Below are positions 1 to 9,389 of a stretch of DNA of 43,052 nucleotides, piece by piece. Numbering within the stretch: position 1 is the stretch's first letter; every line of letters starts with the position of its first letter. The notes under the pieces were generated by a model. The model was given only the letters and a program-made list of their open reading frames with translations. It was not told the DNA's origin and made no database searches. A program made the position numbers and the translations under genes. Source of the DNA: Bdellovibrionales bacterium (GTDB taxonomy: Bacteria > Bdellovibrionota > Bdellovibrionia > Bdellovibrionales > JAEYZS01); contig JANMFM010000253.1 of NCBI GenBank assembly GCA_031374125.1, positions 1 through 43,052 of the forward strand, given 5' to 3'.

Positions 1-211
1 ATTTGTTCAAGGGACGCTCTATGTGTGGGTCAAAAACGCCGTTTGGATGCATGAAATGCTCTTTTTGGCGGGCCCCATCAGGGAAAAGGTTAATACTTTC
101 ATGGAGAAGGGGTGGGTACAGCAAGTGCGTTTCACTCTTAATCAGCACGAAGTTCCAAAGATGGATGAAGATAGTGCGATGAAAGATTCTGAAATTATCA
201 ATAAGAAATAA
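1..211 (+). CDS. C-terminal part of a DUF721/DciA-like protein (truncated by window edge)
   Basis: The frame is open from the window start. FVQGTLYVWVKNAVWMHEMLFLAGPIREKVN...VQQVRF fits the DUF721 pattern G-x-L-x-V-x-V...W-x-x-E...I-x-x-K-x-N...V-x-x-(I/V)-R-F. Confidence 0.55.
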   Translation, partial: FVQGTLYVWVKNAVWMHEMLFLAGPIREKVNTFMEKGWVQQVRFTLNQHEVPKMDEDSAMKDSEIINKK

Positions 212-1012
212 TCAAAGGCAAATTGATTTCACGGTTTCCATAAATACCAACGGATCTGTGACTATGCCTTTCCAAGCGACTTCCCAGTGCAGGTGAGGGG
301 CTTCGACTCTTCCTGTATTTCCAGATTTGGCGATGAGTTCCCCTTTTTTAATCTTCTGGCCAGGTTTCACGAGTAGTTCGCTCAAATGATAATACTTCGA
401 GAAAATAGCATTGCCGTGATCGATGATCACAGCGTTTCCAGGAATAACAAATTTATTTGCTATTGAAACTTTACCGTCAGCCATAGCGTAAACTTTGGTC
501 CCAATCATGGCTCTTAAATCGAGGCCCGTGTGAAAGTACTGCATGCCAGTTGGAAGTCTTCTGTAAGAGCCAAATTGTGAGACTTGCTTTGATTTAATTG
601 GGAGTTGCGTTTCTAAACAAAAAGATCCAGGGCTTTCTTTTAAAAGCGAAGACTTGATGATGGATTTTTCTTGATCAATTTGATTGGCTCCAATTTTTTG
701 AAGTTCATTAAAAAAATTTGCGGGAATACGAATGGACGAAGGATTGTCCAGTTTTCTCACCTGTACGCTCGTGATCGTCCCCGCAATGTCTTGAGTGGGA
801 TGAGAAAAAAATGATTTTGATATCTTTGAAAGAGCCATAATGACGGCTTGATCATTTTTATAAAGGGGAACAACGCCAAAGAATTTGGTTGGGCTAATTC
901 TAGACAGTTTTGCGTTGTCGAAATAAAAATCAGAATTTTTTTGATCAATCGATTCCAACCAGAAAGGTTCTCCCGCCTTAAGAGAGCTCATTTTGAAAGC
1001 AAGTTCCGACAC
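212..1012 (-). CDS. M23 family zinc metallopeptidase (peptidoglycan endopeptidase)
   Basis: HTGLDL (HxxxD), YYHLS and PHLHWEV (HxH) motifs. The true start may lie further upstream. Confidence 0.9.
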   Translation of the reverse strand: MSELAFKMSSLKAGEPFWLESIDQKNSDFYFDNAKLSRISPTKFFGVVPLYKNDQAVIMALSKISKSFFSHPTQDIAGTITSVQVRKLDNPSSIRIPANFFNELQKIGANQIDQEKSIIKSSLLKESPGSFCLETQLPIKSKQVSQFGSYRRLPTGMQYFHTGLDLRAMIGTKVYAMADGKVSIANKFVIPGNAVIIDHGNAIFSKYYHLSELLVKPGQKIKKGELIAKSGNTGRVEAPHLHWEVAWKGIVTDPLVFMETVKSICL

Positions 1013-1077
1013 GATGTTTGTTCTTAAAATATTATTTGAAGGAAAGATCCAAAGCGTAAAGAAGCAAAGGTAAAATA

Positions 1078-1905
1078 TTACTCTTTGCCTTCTTTGATCG
1101 TTTTTTGATCTGTAATCGTCTTTTGAATGATGGACTTCATGTAGTCGTTCCGTTTCCCACCCCCGAGAACACCTTTAATTTTTTCATGAATAGTTGGGTC
1201 GTTAATTAGCGCACCCAAGCTTCCACTTCCATTATCGATTTTTTCGAGGATACTTGCTAGATCTTTTGAAATTCTCTTCAGATTTTTTTGATCTTCCCCA
1301 CGTAAGTCCGAGACAGCCAAATTAAATTTTTGCATTGCTTGATCCATATGGGAACTTGCACTCAAAAGGTTTGTCATCATCTTGTCGCTTCTGCCATCTT
1401 TGTTGAGAGTCTTTGCGAATTTATCAATTTCACCAACGATATCAAAGATCTTTGATAATTCTTCGCCTCTTTGAGTGAGTGTAGTAATCAGGTCTGTTGA
1501 AATTTCTACTGTTAAATAATCACCATCTTTAAGGGGATTTCCGCCAGGTTCTCCAGGAGAAATATAAACGTACTTATCTCCGAGGGCGCCCTGGGTTCTT
1601 AGTCCAGCTACAGATTTGTCAGTGATTCTTGATTGATGCTCTTTGAAAAGTTTTACATAAACTAAAATTTTTGATTCTTCTTCAGAAAACTTAATATCAG
1701 AAATATTTCCAACTTCAAAACCACTCAAGCGAACAACGCTCCCCGGGGCCAGGCCATCAATTTTGTCGAATGGAACCTTGAGAGTATAGGTGCTAGATAA
1801 AAAAGATTTTTCTCCACCTAACAAAAATATCGTTACTATCAAGAGCAACAATCCTAGCCCAACGCCTATTCCTACTTTTAATTCTGTAGCTCCACGTTCT
1901 GTCAT
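1078..1905 (-). CDS. mlaD: MCE/MlaD family substrate-binding protein
   Basis: N-terminal TM helix, GLAPGSVVRLSGFEVG and GALGDKYVYISPG MCE motifs, helical C-terminal extension. Confidence 0.9.
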   Translation of the reverse strand: MTERGATELKVGIGVGLGLLLLIVTIFLLGGEKSFLSSTYTLKVPFDKIDGLAPGSVVRLSGFEVGNISDIKFSEEESKILVYVKLFKEHQSRITDKSVAGLRTQGALGDKYVYISPGEPGGNPLKDGDYLTVEISTDLITTLTQRGEELSKIFDIVGEIDKFAKTLNKDGRSDKMMTNLLSASSHMDQAMQKFNLAVSDLRGEDQKNLKRISKDLASILEKIDNGSGSLGALINDPTIHEKIKGVLGGGKRNDYMKSIIQKTITDQKTIKEGKE

Positions 1906-2645
1906 TTTGCAACCTCTTTACCATGAACAAATTGAAATACAGGATCATTCGAGTCCTGGCTAATATCTGTCAGTTTACCTTCGTATGTAATAAAACCTTT
2001 AACTAACAGTGCAATGCGATCGCAAACTGCAACAGCAGTTGGCATATCATGAGTCACGAGAATTGATGTCACGCCTTTTTTCTTAAGCTCTAGAATCATT
2101 TCTTGAATGCGGATTGTATTGTAAGGATCTAATCCTGCCGTAGGTTCGTCATATAGAACTATATCCGGATTCATAATGATTGCACGAGCCAAGCCCACTC
2201 TCTTTTGCATACCACCAGAGAGTTCTGCGGGATAAACCTTGTCGTTACCTTGCAGTCCAAATTCTTCTAAGAGACCTAAAACTTTCTTAGAAATTTCTTC
2301 TTCGTTGAGCTTTGTGTGTTCTCTCAATGGATAAGCCAAGTTTTCGAAAACTGTAAGGGAGTCAAAAAGCGCTCCGCCTTGGAAGACATAAGCAACTTTC
2401 TTTCTCACCGGCAGAAGATCTTTCTCAGACATTTTGGAAATATCTTCGCCATCAATAATGATTTGTCCATTATTTGGTTTTTCAAGTCCAATCAATGATC
2501 TCAGGATCACGCTTTTTCCTGAGCCCGAACCACCAATTAAACCTAGGCATTCGCCCTTCATAAGATGGAAGGAAACATCTCTGTGAACTTCTTTGGTTCC
2601 GAAAGATTTTTTATAATGTTTTACTTCAATCGCCTTCTTACTCAC
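1902..2645 (-). CDS. mlaF: MlaF-type ABC transporter ATPase
   Basis: GGSGSGKS Walker A, LSGGMQKRVGLARA signature, LYDEPTAGLDP. Confidence 0.92.
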   Translation of the reverse strand: MSKKAIEVKHYKKSFGTKEVHRDVSFHLMKGECLGLIGGSGSGKSVILRSLIGLEKPNNGQIIIDGEDISKMSEKDLLPVRKKVAYVFQGGALFDSLTVFENLAYPLREHTKLNEEEISKKVLGLLEEFGLQGNDKVYPAELSGGMQKRVGLARAIIMNPDIVLYDEPTAGLDPYNTIRIQEMILELKKKGVTSILVTHDMPTAVAVCDRIALLVKGFITYEGKLTDISQDSNDPVFQFVHGKEVAK

Positions 2646-2655
2646 TTTAGAATCC

Positions 2656-3444
2656 TTATAGGGTCTCGATAATCCAAAATAGTTTAGTTAATATAAAGTC
2701 ACTTATAACAATCAGTATTGAGGAAGCGACCACAGACTTTGTTGTAGCAATACCAACTCCTCTCGTGCCTTCCGAAACTCTCATTCCATAATGACAACCA
2801 GTCAGTCCCACAAACAATGCAAAGAAGAATGTTTTGCAAACGCCCACCATATAGTCATGGATCTTAATTGTTTGAGTTACTTTCTGAATAAAGAAAGATT
2901 GATCTAAACCAAGTTCAGTGGAACCGATGACTGATGCTCCATATATTCCAAGGGAGTTGGCAAATACTGTTAGAAGTGGCAACGATATCACGAGCGCCAA
3001 AATTCTTGGGATGATGATCTTCTTAAGTGGCGAAGTCCCAAGTGCTCTGATGGCATCGATTTGCTGAGTCACCTTCATGGATCCGATTTCTGACGCGATA
3101 CCCGCGCCCACGCGACCCGCAATCATAAGACTAGTGAATACTGGACCTAATTCTCTCACAATAGATAGAGAAACAATTTTAGGAACATATAGTTTTCCAC
3201 CGAATTTTTCTAAACCCAGTCCAAACTGTAAAGTGATCACCATACCTGTGCTCAATGCACAGACGGCAACAAGTGGTGCAGACTTGATCCCAAGGCTATA
3301 AATTTGGTCAATGATCAATCTCGGATAAAATGGTTTTCTAAAGGCTTCACGAAAAGCATTGTAGCAAAGTTCAGAGAGGCTACCGATGAAGTAGCACAAT
3401 TCAAACATTATATTTCCAAGTGAATGGGCAAATGAATGTATCAT
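2656..3444 (-). CDS. mlaE: MlaE-type ABC permease
   Basis: RELGPVFTSLMIAGRVGAGIASEIGSMKVTQQIDA and GVGIATTKSVV motifs. Confidence 0.93.
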   Translation of the reverse strand: MIHSFAHSLGNIMFELCYFIGSLSELCYNAFREAFRKPFYPRLIIDQIYSLGIKSAPLVAVCALSTGMVITLQFGLGLEKFGGKLYVPKIVSLSIVRELGPVFTSLMIAGRVGAGIASEIGSMKVTQQIDAIRALGTSPLKKIIIPRILALVISLPLLTVFANSLGIYGASVIGSTELGLDQSFFIQKVTQTIKIHDYMVGVCKTFFFALFVGLTGCHYGMRVSEGTRGVGIATTKSVVASSILIVISDFILTKLFWIIETL

Positions 3445-3938
3445 GGCACCCTGAAGTTTTTTACGAAGTTTGTAAATTGATCCAACTCTTTTTCAAAATT
3501 TTCTTTTAGAGCTACGTACGACAAGTGGTAGGAGCAAGAATTTTTCTTGAACACAACGAACTGTACTTTTACAGGAACGCCTTCCAACTTTCCTTCGATA
3601 TTGGATTTCAATCCTTCACGCTCATTGATGTTAATATTTTCTTCTTTTGAAATATCTACGCCTTCAAGGCTTGTAAAGGCTGTTGAACGAATTGTTTTGA
3701 GTGCAGGTTCTGAAGGGCTACAACTTGTGAAGTAGGTAATTGTGCTCGCAGTTTTGCTGCTGACCCACATACCATCCGAACTTGCAGAGTTTGAAGATTT
3801 AAATGGAGTCGGCGGAGCTTTTACACTGAGATTTGTAGCTTTTTCTGGTGCCGCAGACATTGGTATCTTTACAGAAACGCATGCTGCTGCCATGGTTAAT
3901 ATCATTAAGGCGGTTAAAATTTTTTTTTCTGTCGTCAT
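3441..3938 (-). CDS. Putative lipoprotein (possibly PsbP/DcrB-like fold), first gene of the mla operon
   Basis: From ATG 3938: MTTEKKILTALMILTMAAA-C signal and lipobox. Its stop overlaps the mlaE start. The fold assignment is a guess. Confidence 0.65.
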   Translation of the reverse strand: MTTEKKILTALMILTMAAACVSVKIPMSAAPEKATNLSVKAPPTPFKSSNSASSDGMWVSSKTASTITYFTSCSPSEPALKTIRSTAFTSLEGVDISKEENININEREGLKSNIEGKLEGVPVKVQFVVFKKNSCSYHLSYVALKENFEKELDQFTNFVKNFRVP

Positions 3939-4112
3939 GTTGTAATCTCGCTGTGCTTTAAATTTCTTGCATAATTTTTTATGCATCTGAAATCACTGAT
4001 GTCTTCACTATTATTTCGGGATCTTTCTGAATGAAATGAAGCCCTGCAAGCAGAACAAGACTAGACCATCCACCTAGACAAAAATCCTACCACAATCTAG
4101 ACGTCGGCCTTA

Positions 4113-4185
4113 GGCAAAAAAGTGATGCTTAAAGTGACGTAGGAAGTGACGTGAAAAGGTGTCAGAAAGTTGTCGCTATGACAAG
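4113..4185. promoter_or_regulatory. Candidate enhancer (UAS) array for the flagellar sigma54 promoter
   Basis: AAGTGAYG direct repeats at 4120, 4132 and 4144 (12-bp period), GTCAGAAAGTTGTC at 4161-4174 and the palindrome TTGTC-N5-GACAA at 4170-4184, about 85-150 bp upstream of the -24 element. Confidence 0.5.
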
Positions 4186-4266
4186 AATTATTGGTCGAGA
4201 TAATTGTTTAAAATGCACATATGTGAATAGAATCTCACAAATTCTTACTTTGATAGTCTCGTAGCC

Positions 4267-4284
4267 TTGGCATCTGCTGTGCAT
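4267..4284 (+). promoter_or_regulatory. Sigma54 (RpoN) promoter of the flagellar operon
   Basis: TTGGCATCTGCTGTGCAT with exact GG(4269-70)-N10-GC(4281-82) spacing. Confidence 0.75.
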
Positions 4285-4312
4285 TGTTATCATTCGAGTG
4301 AAGGAGTCATTC

Positions 4313-7177
4313 GTGTTCATCAAAACTTTAGTATTGCTTATTTTATGTGCGACAAGCTTTGAGGTTACGGCCCAAAGTACTGGTGCTGGCAATGCAGTTG
4401 CGCCAGTTGCCAACAGTGGCAGTATTTCTGTGGGAATCGAAGACATGAATGATGTTGCTCATTTCGAATTCAACGGTAGAGAAATCTGGGATTATAAGCT
4501 CACCAGAGAAGCTGACGGCATTGTTTCGGTGGAAGTGGATCAGCTTGATGATAAATCTGTTATCCAGCTCAAAACAATCAAAAGTAAACACATTGAAAAA
4601 ATCGAAATTCTTCCCGGGGTAAATTTAAAAAATAAAATCGTTTTTTACCTAAAAGACAAATCGACTCAAAGTTTTGATTATATCACAGATCAACCTTCAA
4701 GATTGGTTGTGGATTTCTTTAAGGATACTCCGCAAAAACCGGCAGCCATAGTACAAGCAAAAAAAGTTCCAGCTAAAATTACAAAACTACCAGCCAAAAA
4801 AGGTAGAGCTCCTGCAGGAACAGACTTTTTAATGGATGATACAAAAAAAGAAGTCTCTCCGGAAGTCTCTAAAGTGGCTCCAAGCGTACTTGATGGAGCA
4901 GATCCCAATTATACGCGCTTTAAAATTGAAGATTATGAAATTAAAGAATCTGCGATCATTGCATCTAAATTAAATTTATACATTACTTATCCGATGCTTT
5001 TAGTTGAAATGCATGACCTTCAGGATATTTTGGCTACACCAAATATTTATAATTTTGAAAAGAGCGAAACAGACGAAGGAAAAAAAGCACAGTTGCTTTT
5101 GACCTTATTCAAAAAAGGAAAAATTGATCCTGAAACGCAAGAACAAAATCCACTTGAAAAACCTAGGAATGCAGTTTTCTTAAAAACTCTAGAATTATTT
5201 AAAAAAGAATATCCAGATTCAAAATATAAAGAGACTTTAGATTTCATGGAAGCCGATACATATTATAATTTGTGGCTCCAAGATAAAAAAGTTTCAGATT
5301 TCGATATGGCAATTAATTTCTACACAAAAATTTTATTATCAGTAAAAGCCTCCAAGTATCATGACAGAATAGAAAGACTTATGGGCTACTCCTACATGTA
5401 CAGAGAAGACTACTTAACTGCCTTCACAGTATTTCAAAAATACATTAATAGAAACCCAGACTCAGAACACAAATACAGAATCAAGACTGCAATGGCAGAG
5501 TGTTTGGCCAAATTGAATAACACATCGGATGCTTTAAAAATTTATGATGAAATTGAATCAGATCCAAAAGCGGGCATCAATGCGGCGGAAGCGGCTTTTA
5601 GAAAAGGCGATATTTATGCCATCACAAAGCAGTATGATAAAGCTATTGTAGAATATGAGAGAGCCCTTAAGAAATATTCTAAAGAGCAAGATCAGTATCC
5701 GAATGCTTTTTATAACATTGCGGAAAGTAAATTCTGGCTCAATAGAAATAGAGAAAACTTAAAACAAAGCTTAAATGCCTATATTGAATTCTTAAAAAAA
5801 TATCCAAAGAACGAGCATGCAAGCTATGCAATGGAAAGAATCGGCGAAACTCTAGAAATCTTAGGAGCTCCTCAAAAAAGATACAACGGAGCCTTTGTAG
5901 AAACTATTTATAGATATGGAAACTCTCAAGCAGCTGGAATTGCTAAGATTCGCTTGTTGAGAGCACAGATTCCTTCAATGAAAGATAAGCAAGTCGTTGA
6001 AGAAGTTGCTAAAGTGAATGAGTTCATTAAAACCTCGAGCTTAGAAAAATTAACAGAATTCAAAACAATTATGATTTCTGATGGCTACTACGCGAATAAA
6101 AACTATGATGAAGCCTTAAAAAATCTAATTGCTTTCTATCAAGAGCATCCGCTTTCAGACTATCTTGATGTATTTAAGAAAAGAATCGTACAAACGATCA
6201 AAGACCAAATCGGATTCTCTATTGCAAAAGGTGATTATTTAAAGGCTTTCCAAATCTACGGTCAGAATGTTGGAAGTTGGTTAAAAGGTGCAGATCGAGT
6301 AGACACGAACTATCTTTTAGGAGTAGCGTTTGAAAAATCAGGTGTTCCTGATGAAGCGCAAAAGAAATATCAATCCGTACTGAATAAACTTTATGCTATT
6401 CGTGGGACCACTGAAGAAAAAGAAAGAGGCGTTTTTGAGGAGTTACCAAGCACTGATGAAGTCAATCTAAGACTGGCAGCGGTTTTTGTTGCTAAGAATG
6501 AATATGGAAAAGCTCAAGATCACCTAAAAGAAATATCCGGAGAAGTATCCGGAGAAATATCCGGAAAAGAAGCAACAGACGACGAAAAAGTAGAAAAAGT
6601 TTACCTGTCTTCTATCGTTTATGAAAAATTAAATAACCCAGAATTCGCAATCAGAAATTTGAAAGAATTGACGGAAACTTGGAGAGGAAATCCTGAAAAG
6701 CTTTCGTCCGTATATTTAAGATTGGCAAAGCTTCAGTCAGAAAGTAATCAAAATGCAGATGCTATCACAACACTGGATCGCCTTCTCAACATGTCTGCAG
6801 ATTCTTCGGTTGTAACCGATGAAGATCAAATGTTGGCTTTAAGATTAAAAGCTGAATATGCCGTAGCAATTAAAAAAGACAAAACTGCAATTGAAGCTTA
6901 TAGATCACTACTTGATCGATTCGAAGACAATTACCCGCTTTACTCCGCAAGATATCAACTCGGGAAAATTCACTATGATACAGGCGATGTTAAAGAAGCA
7001 GAGAAAGTATGGAGTCCCCTCAAGGACAAAACAGAGGCACAATTGTGGGACAGATTAGCGCAAGAAAATTTAAAAAGTTCTAACTGGAACAGCGAATACA
7101 AAAAGTACACAAATAGAATTCCAGCTATGGTAAATGATAAAGCTGGCTCATCTCCTAAAGAAGGAAACAAGAAATGA
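4313..7177 (+). CDS. Large exported tetratricopeptide-repeat protein heading the flagellar operon
   Basis: Signal peptide and many TPR-like helical repeats (AAFRKGDIY, AFYNIAES, ARYQLGKIHY). RBS AAGGAG at 4301-4306 favours GTG 4313 over 4298. Confidence 0.8.
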   Translation: MFIKTLVLLILCATSFEVTAQSTGAGNAVAPVANSGSISVGIEDMNDVAHFEFNGREIWDYKLTREADGIVSVEVDQLDDKSVIQLKTIKSKHIEKIEILPGVNLKNKIVFYLKDKSTQSFDYITDQPSRLVVDFFKDTPQKPAAIVQAKKVPAKITKLPAKKGRAPAGTDFLMDDTKKEVSPEVSKVAPSVLDGADPNYTRFKIEDYEIKESAIIASKLNLYITYPMLLVEMHDLQDILATPNIYNFEKSETDEGKKAQLLLTLFKKGKIDPETQEQNPLEKPRNAVFLKTLELFKKEYPDSKYKETLDFMEADTYYNLWLQDKKVSDFDMAINFYTKILLSVKASKYHDRIERLMGYSYMYREDYLTAFTVFQKYINRNPDSEHKYRIKTAMAECLAKLNNTSDALKIYDEIESDPKAGINAAEAAFRKGDIYAITKQYDKAIVEYERALKKYSKEQDQYPNAFYNIAESKFWLNRNRENLKQSLNAYIEFLKKYPKNEHASYAMERIGETLEILGAPQKRYNGAFVETIYRYGNSQAAGIAKIRLLRAQIPSMKDKQVVEEVAKVNEFIKTSSLEKLTEFKTIMISDGYYANKNYDEALKNLIAFYQEHPLSDYLDVFKKRIVQTIKDQIGFSIAKGDYLKAFQIYGQNVGSWLKGADRVDTNYLLGVAFEKSGVPDEAQKKYQSVLNKLYAIRGTTEEKERGVFEELPSTDEVNLRLAAVFVAKNEYGKAQDHLKEISGEVSGEISGKEATDDEKVEKVYLSSIVYEKLNNPEFAIRNLKELTETWRGNPEKLSSVYLRLAKLQSESNQNADAITTLDRLLNMSADSSVVTDEDQMLALRLKAEYAVAIKKDKTAIEAYRSLLDRFEDNYPLYSARYQLGKIHYDTGDVKEAEKVWSPLKDKTEAQLWDRLAQENLKSSNWNSEYKKYTNRIPAMVNDKAGSSPKEGNKK
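6530..6565 (+). repeat. In-frame 12-bp tandem repeat x3 (EISG-EVSG-EISG)
   Basis: gaaatatccgga gaagtatccgga gaaatatccgga. Confidence 0.9.
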
Positions 7178-8130
7178 TCCAACAAAACCATGCTATTTTA
7201 ACTCTAGATCCAAATATGAGAAAAGTTCTGAAAGTAGCTGAGAACATTGCTCACAGTAAAGCTTCTGTGCTTGTGACTGGTGAAAGTGGAACAGGTAAGG
7301 AATTGTTAGCAAGATACATTCACTCTAAGAGCCCAAGAGTTCTTAAGAGAATGGTTGCCATCAATTGTGCAGCTGTTCCAGAAGGATTGCTAGAGAGCGA
7401 GTTGTTCGGCCATGAAAAGGGATCCTTCACGGGAGCGCATCAAGCAAAACCTGGCAAATTTGAATTGGCTCACCAAAGTACATTGTTATTAGATGAAATG
7501 GGAGAGCTTCCACTTCTTTTACAATCTAAACTTTTAAGAGCGCTTCAGGAAGGTGAGATCGAAAGAGTCGGCGGCAGAGAACCAATCAAAGTCGATGTAA
7601 GAATTATCGCGACAACAAATAAAGATCTAAAAAAATTAGTTCAAGAAGGGTTATTTAGAGAAGATCTTTACTATAGATTGAATGTGATACCTGTTCATAT
7701 TCCTCCACTTAGAGCGCGGCCAAAAGATTTAATTCTTTTAGCAAAGCACTTTGTGGAAGTGGCTTGCATCAATAATGGAATCCAAGCAAAGGATCTTTCG
7801 CAAGACGCTGTCAACAGTCTTCAAATTTCTCAATGGCCAGGAAATATCAGAGAATTACAAAACGTCATCGAGAGAACGGTGCTTCTGAGCCAAAACCAAA
7901 TCCTCACAGAGGAAGATTTAAATTTGCAAATAGAAAATAATGTAGGAGATATGCCATTCACTCCGGGAATGACATTGGGAGATGCCGAAAAGTTTTTGAT
8001 TCTAAAAACTTTAGAATTCACGAGTCAAAATAGAACTCAAGCGGCAAAAATTTTAGGAATTAGTATTAGAACATTAAGAAACAAACTGAGCGAATATCGC
8101 AAGGACGGTGAGCATGAGCAAACTGTTTGA
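7174..8130 (+). CDS. Sigma54 enhancer-binding protein (AAA+ plus Fis-type HTH) lacking a receiver domain; likely flagellar activator
   Basis: GESGTGKE, ESELFGHEKGSFTGA, FREDLYYRLNV, WPGNIRELQN, NRTQAAKILGISIRTL. The AAA+ domain starts about 8 residues from the N-terminus. Confidence 0.9.
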   Translation: MIQQNHAILTLDPNMRKVLKVAENIAHSKASVLVTGESGTGKELLARYIHSKSPRVLKRMVAINCAAVPEGLLESELFGHEKGSFTGAHQAKPGKFELAHQSTLLLDEMGELPLLLQSKLLRALQEGEIERVGGREPIKVDVRIIATTNKDLKKLVQEGLFREDLYYRLNVIPVHIPPLRARPKDLILLAKHFVEVACINNGIQAKDLSQDAVNSLQISQWPGNIRELQNVIERTVLLSQNQILTEEDLNLQIENNVGDMPFTPGMTLGDAEKFLILKTLEFTSQNRTQAAKILGISIRTLRNKLSEYRKDGEHEQTV

Positions 8131-8527
8131 TAGAACCGCAGAAGGTCTTGCGAAGTCTCTAGACATGAGACTTCTGAGGCACAATATCACTTCGGCCAAC
8201 ATCGCCAATGCTGAGACGCCGGGCTATACTGCAAAGAAAATTGATTTCGAAGCAGAATTGTCTCGTGCGCTACAAATGGAAGGAATTCCAGGCGTAGAGA
8301 GTTCCAGCCCTGGTCACTTCCCAACGGTGGAAGGCGCGGTAAACAAAGTCCAAGCGGATGTTTATGACAATCCAGATATCAACGTGGCAAATGATAAGAA
8401 CACGGTAGATTTAGAAAAAGAAATGGCAACTCTTACGGAGAACTCAATCATTTATAAAGCCGCCATCGAATTGATGAGAAAAAAGATGGCCGCAATGAAA
8501 TACGCAGTGAGCGAGGGTGGTAGATAA
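8114..8527 (+). CDS. flgB: Flagellar basal-body rod protein FlgB
   Basis: ANIANAETPGY and NTVDLEKEM motifs. Confidence 0.93.
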   Translation: MSKLFDRTAEGLAKSLDMRLLRHNITSANIANAETPGYTAKKIDFEAELSRALQMEGIPGVESSSPGHFPTVEGAVNKVQADVYDNPDINVANDKNTVDLEKEMATLTENSIIYKAAIELMRKKMAAMKYAVSEGGR

Positions 8528-8964
8528 TGGATTTCATGACGGCAATGCGAGTATCAAGTAGTGGGATGACGGCGCAAAGAACGCGCATGAATACTATTTC
8601 TTCGAACATCGCAAACGTAAATACAACAAGAACTCCTGAGGGTGGACCGTATCGAAGAAAGGATGCAATCTTCGAAGCAATCCCAGAGCAAAAGACTTTC
8701 GGAGAAATCTTGATTGATAAGGGTGATAGAAATCTACATAGGGTCCAGGTTTCTGATATTGATGTCGATACGAAGGCACCTCTACTAAAGTATGAACCCG
8801 ATCACCCAGATGCAAATGAAGACGGTTACGTTGCTTATCCGAACATCAATTTGATGGAAGAGATGGCCAACATGATCCAATCCACACGTTCTTATGAAGC
8901 GAATATTTCAGCTTTTAACTCTTCCAAGAATATGGCACTGGACGCGATTGAATTAGGACGATAA
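8527..8964 (+). CDS. flgC: Flagellar basal-body rod protein FlgC
   Basis: SNIANVNTTR, GPYRRK, YEPDHPDANEDGYVAYPNIN, RSYEAN. Confidence 0.95.
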   Translation: MDFMTAMRVSSSGMTAQRTRMNTISSNIANVNTTRTPEGGPYRRKDAIFEAIPEQKTFGEILIDKGDRNLHRVQVSDIDVDTKAPLLKYEPDHPDANEDGYVAYPNINLMEEMANMIQSTRSYEANISAFNSSKNMALDAIELGR

Positions 8965-8998
8965 AATATAACTAAGAGTCAAAGACTCTTGGGGTAAC

Positions 8999-9025
8999 TA
9001 GTTGTCGCCAGAAGGCGGCACTGAG
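8999..9025 (+). repeat. Flagellar intergenic hairpin motif, copy 1 (before fliE RBS)
   Basis: TAGTTGTCGCC-AGAA-GGCGGCACTGAG, then GCAGGAACC-ATG (9035). Confidence 0.8.
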
Positions 9026-9034
9026 GCAGGAACC

Positions 9035-9385
9035 ATGGATGGTTTAAGATTTAACACTTCGACAACTAATGTTACGGACAATGTGAATGAGCTCAGAAAA
9101 AGTATAACTTCTGAAGCAAAAGCACCGTCTGGATCAAATTCTCACGGAATAGGTTCCAGCTCTGGGGAATCATTTGCCGATTCACTCAAGAAAGCTGTCA
9201 ACACTGTAGATAGTTTGCAAAAAGACGCCGACGTAAAAATGCAAGAATTAGCTACAGGCAAAAGTCAAAACATCCATGAAACCATGATCGCCGCAGAAAA
9301 AGCAGATATCGCTTTAAAGTTGATGGTTCAAGTTAGAAATAAAATTATAGATGCGTACCAAGAAATAATGAGAATGCAGGTGTGA
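9035..9385 (+). CDS. fliE: Flagellar hook-basal body protein FliE
   Basis: C-terminal IHETMIAAEKADIALKLMVQVRNKIIDAYQEIMRMQV. ATG 9035 follows AGGA. Confidence 0.93.
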   Translation: MDGLRFNTSTTNVTDNVNELRKSITSEAKAPSGSNSHGIGSSSGESFADSLKKAVNTVDSLQKDADVKMQELATGKSQNIHETMIAAEKADIALKLMVQVRNKIIDAYQEIMRMQV

Positions 9386-9389
9386 TGAT

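Noticed and set aside
8972-8992. Hairpin CTAAGAGTC-AAA-GACTCTTGG after flgC as a terminator
   Set aside because: There is no U tract and it is mid-operon; it may be a stability element but is not supportable as a terminator.
9002-9034. TTG-initiated N-terminal extension of FliE
   Set aside because: It runs through the hairpin motif; ATG 9035 has the RBS.
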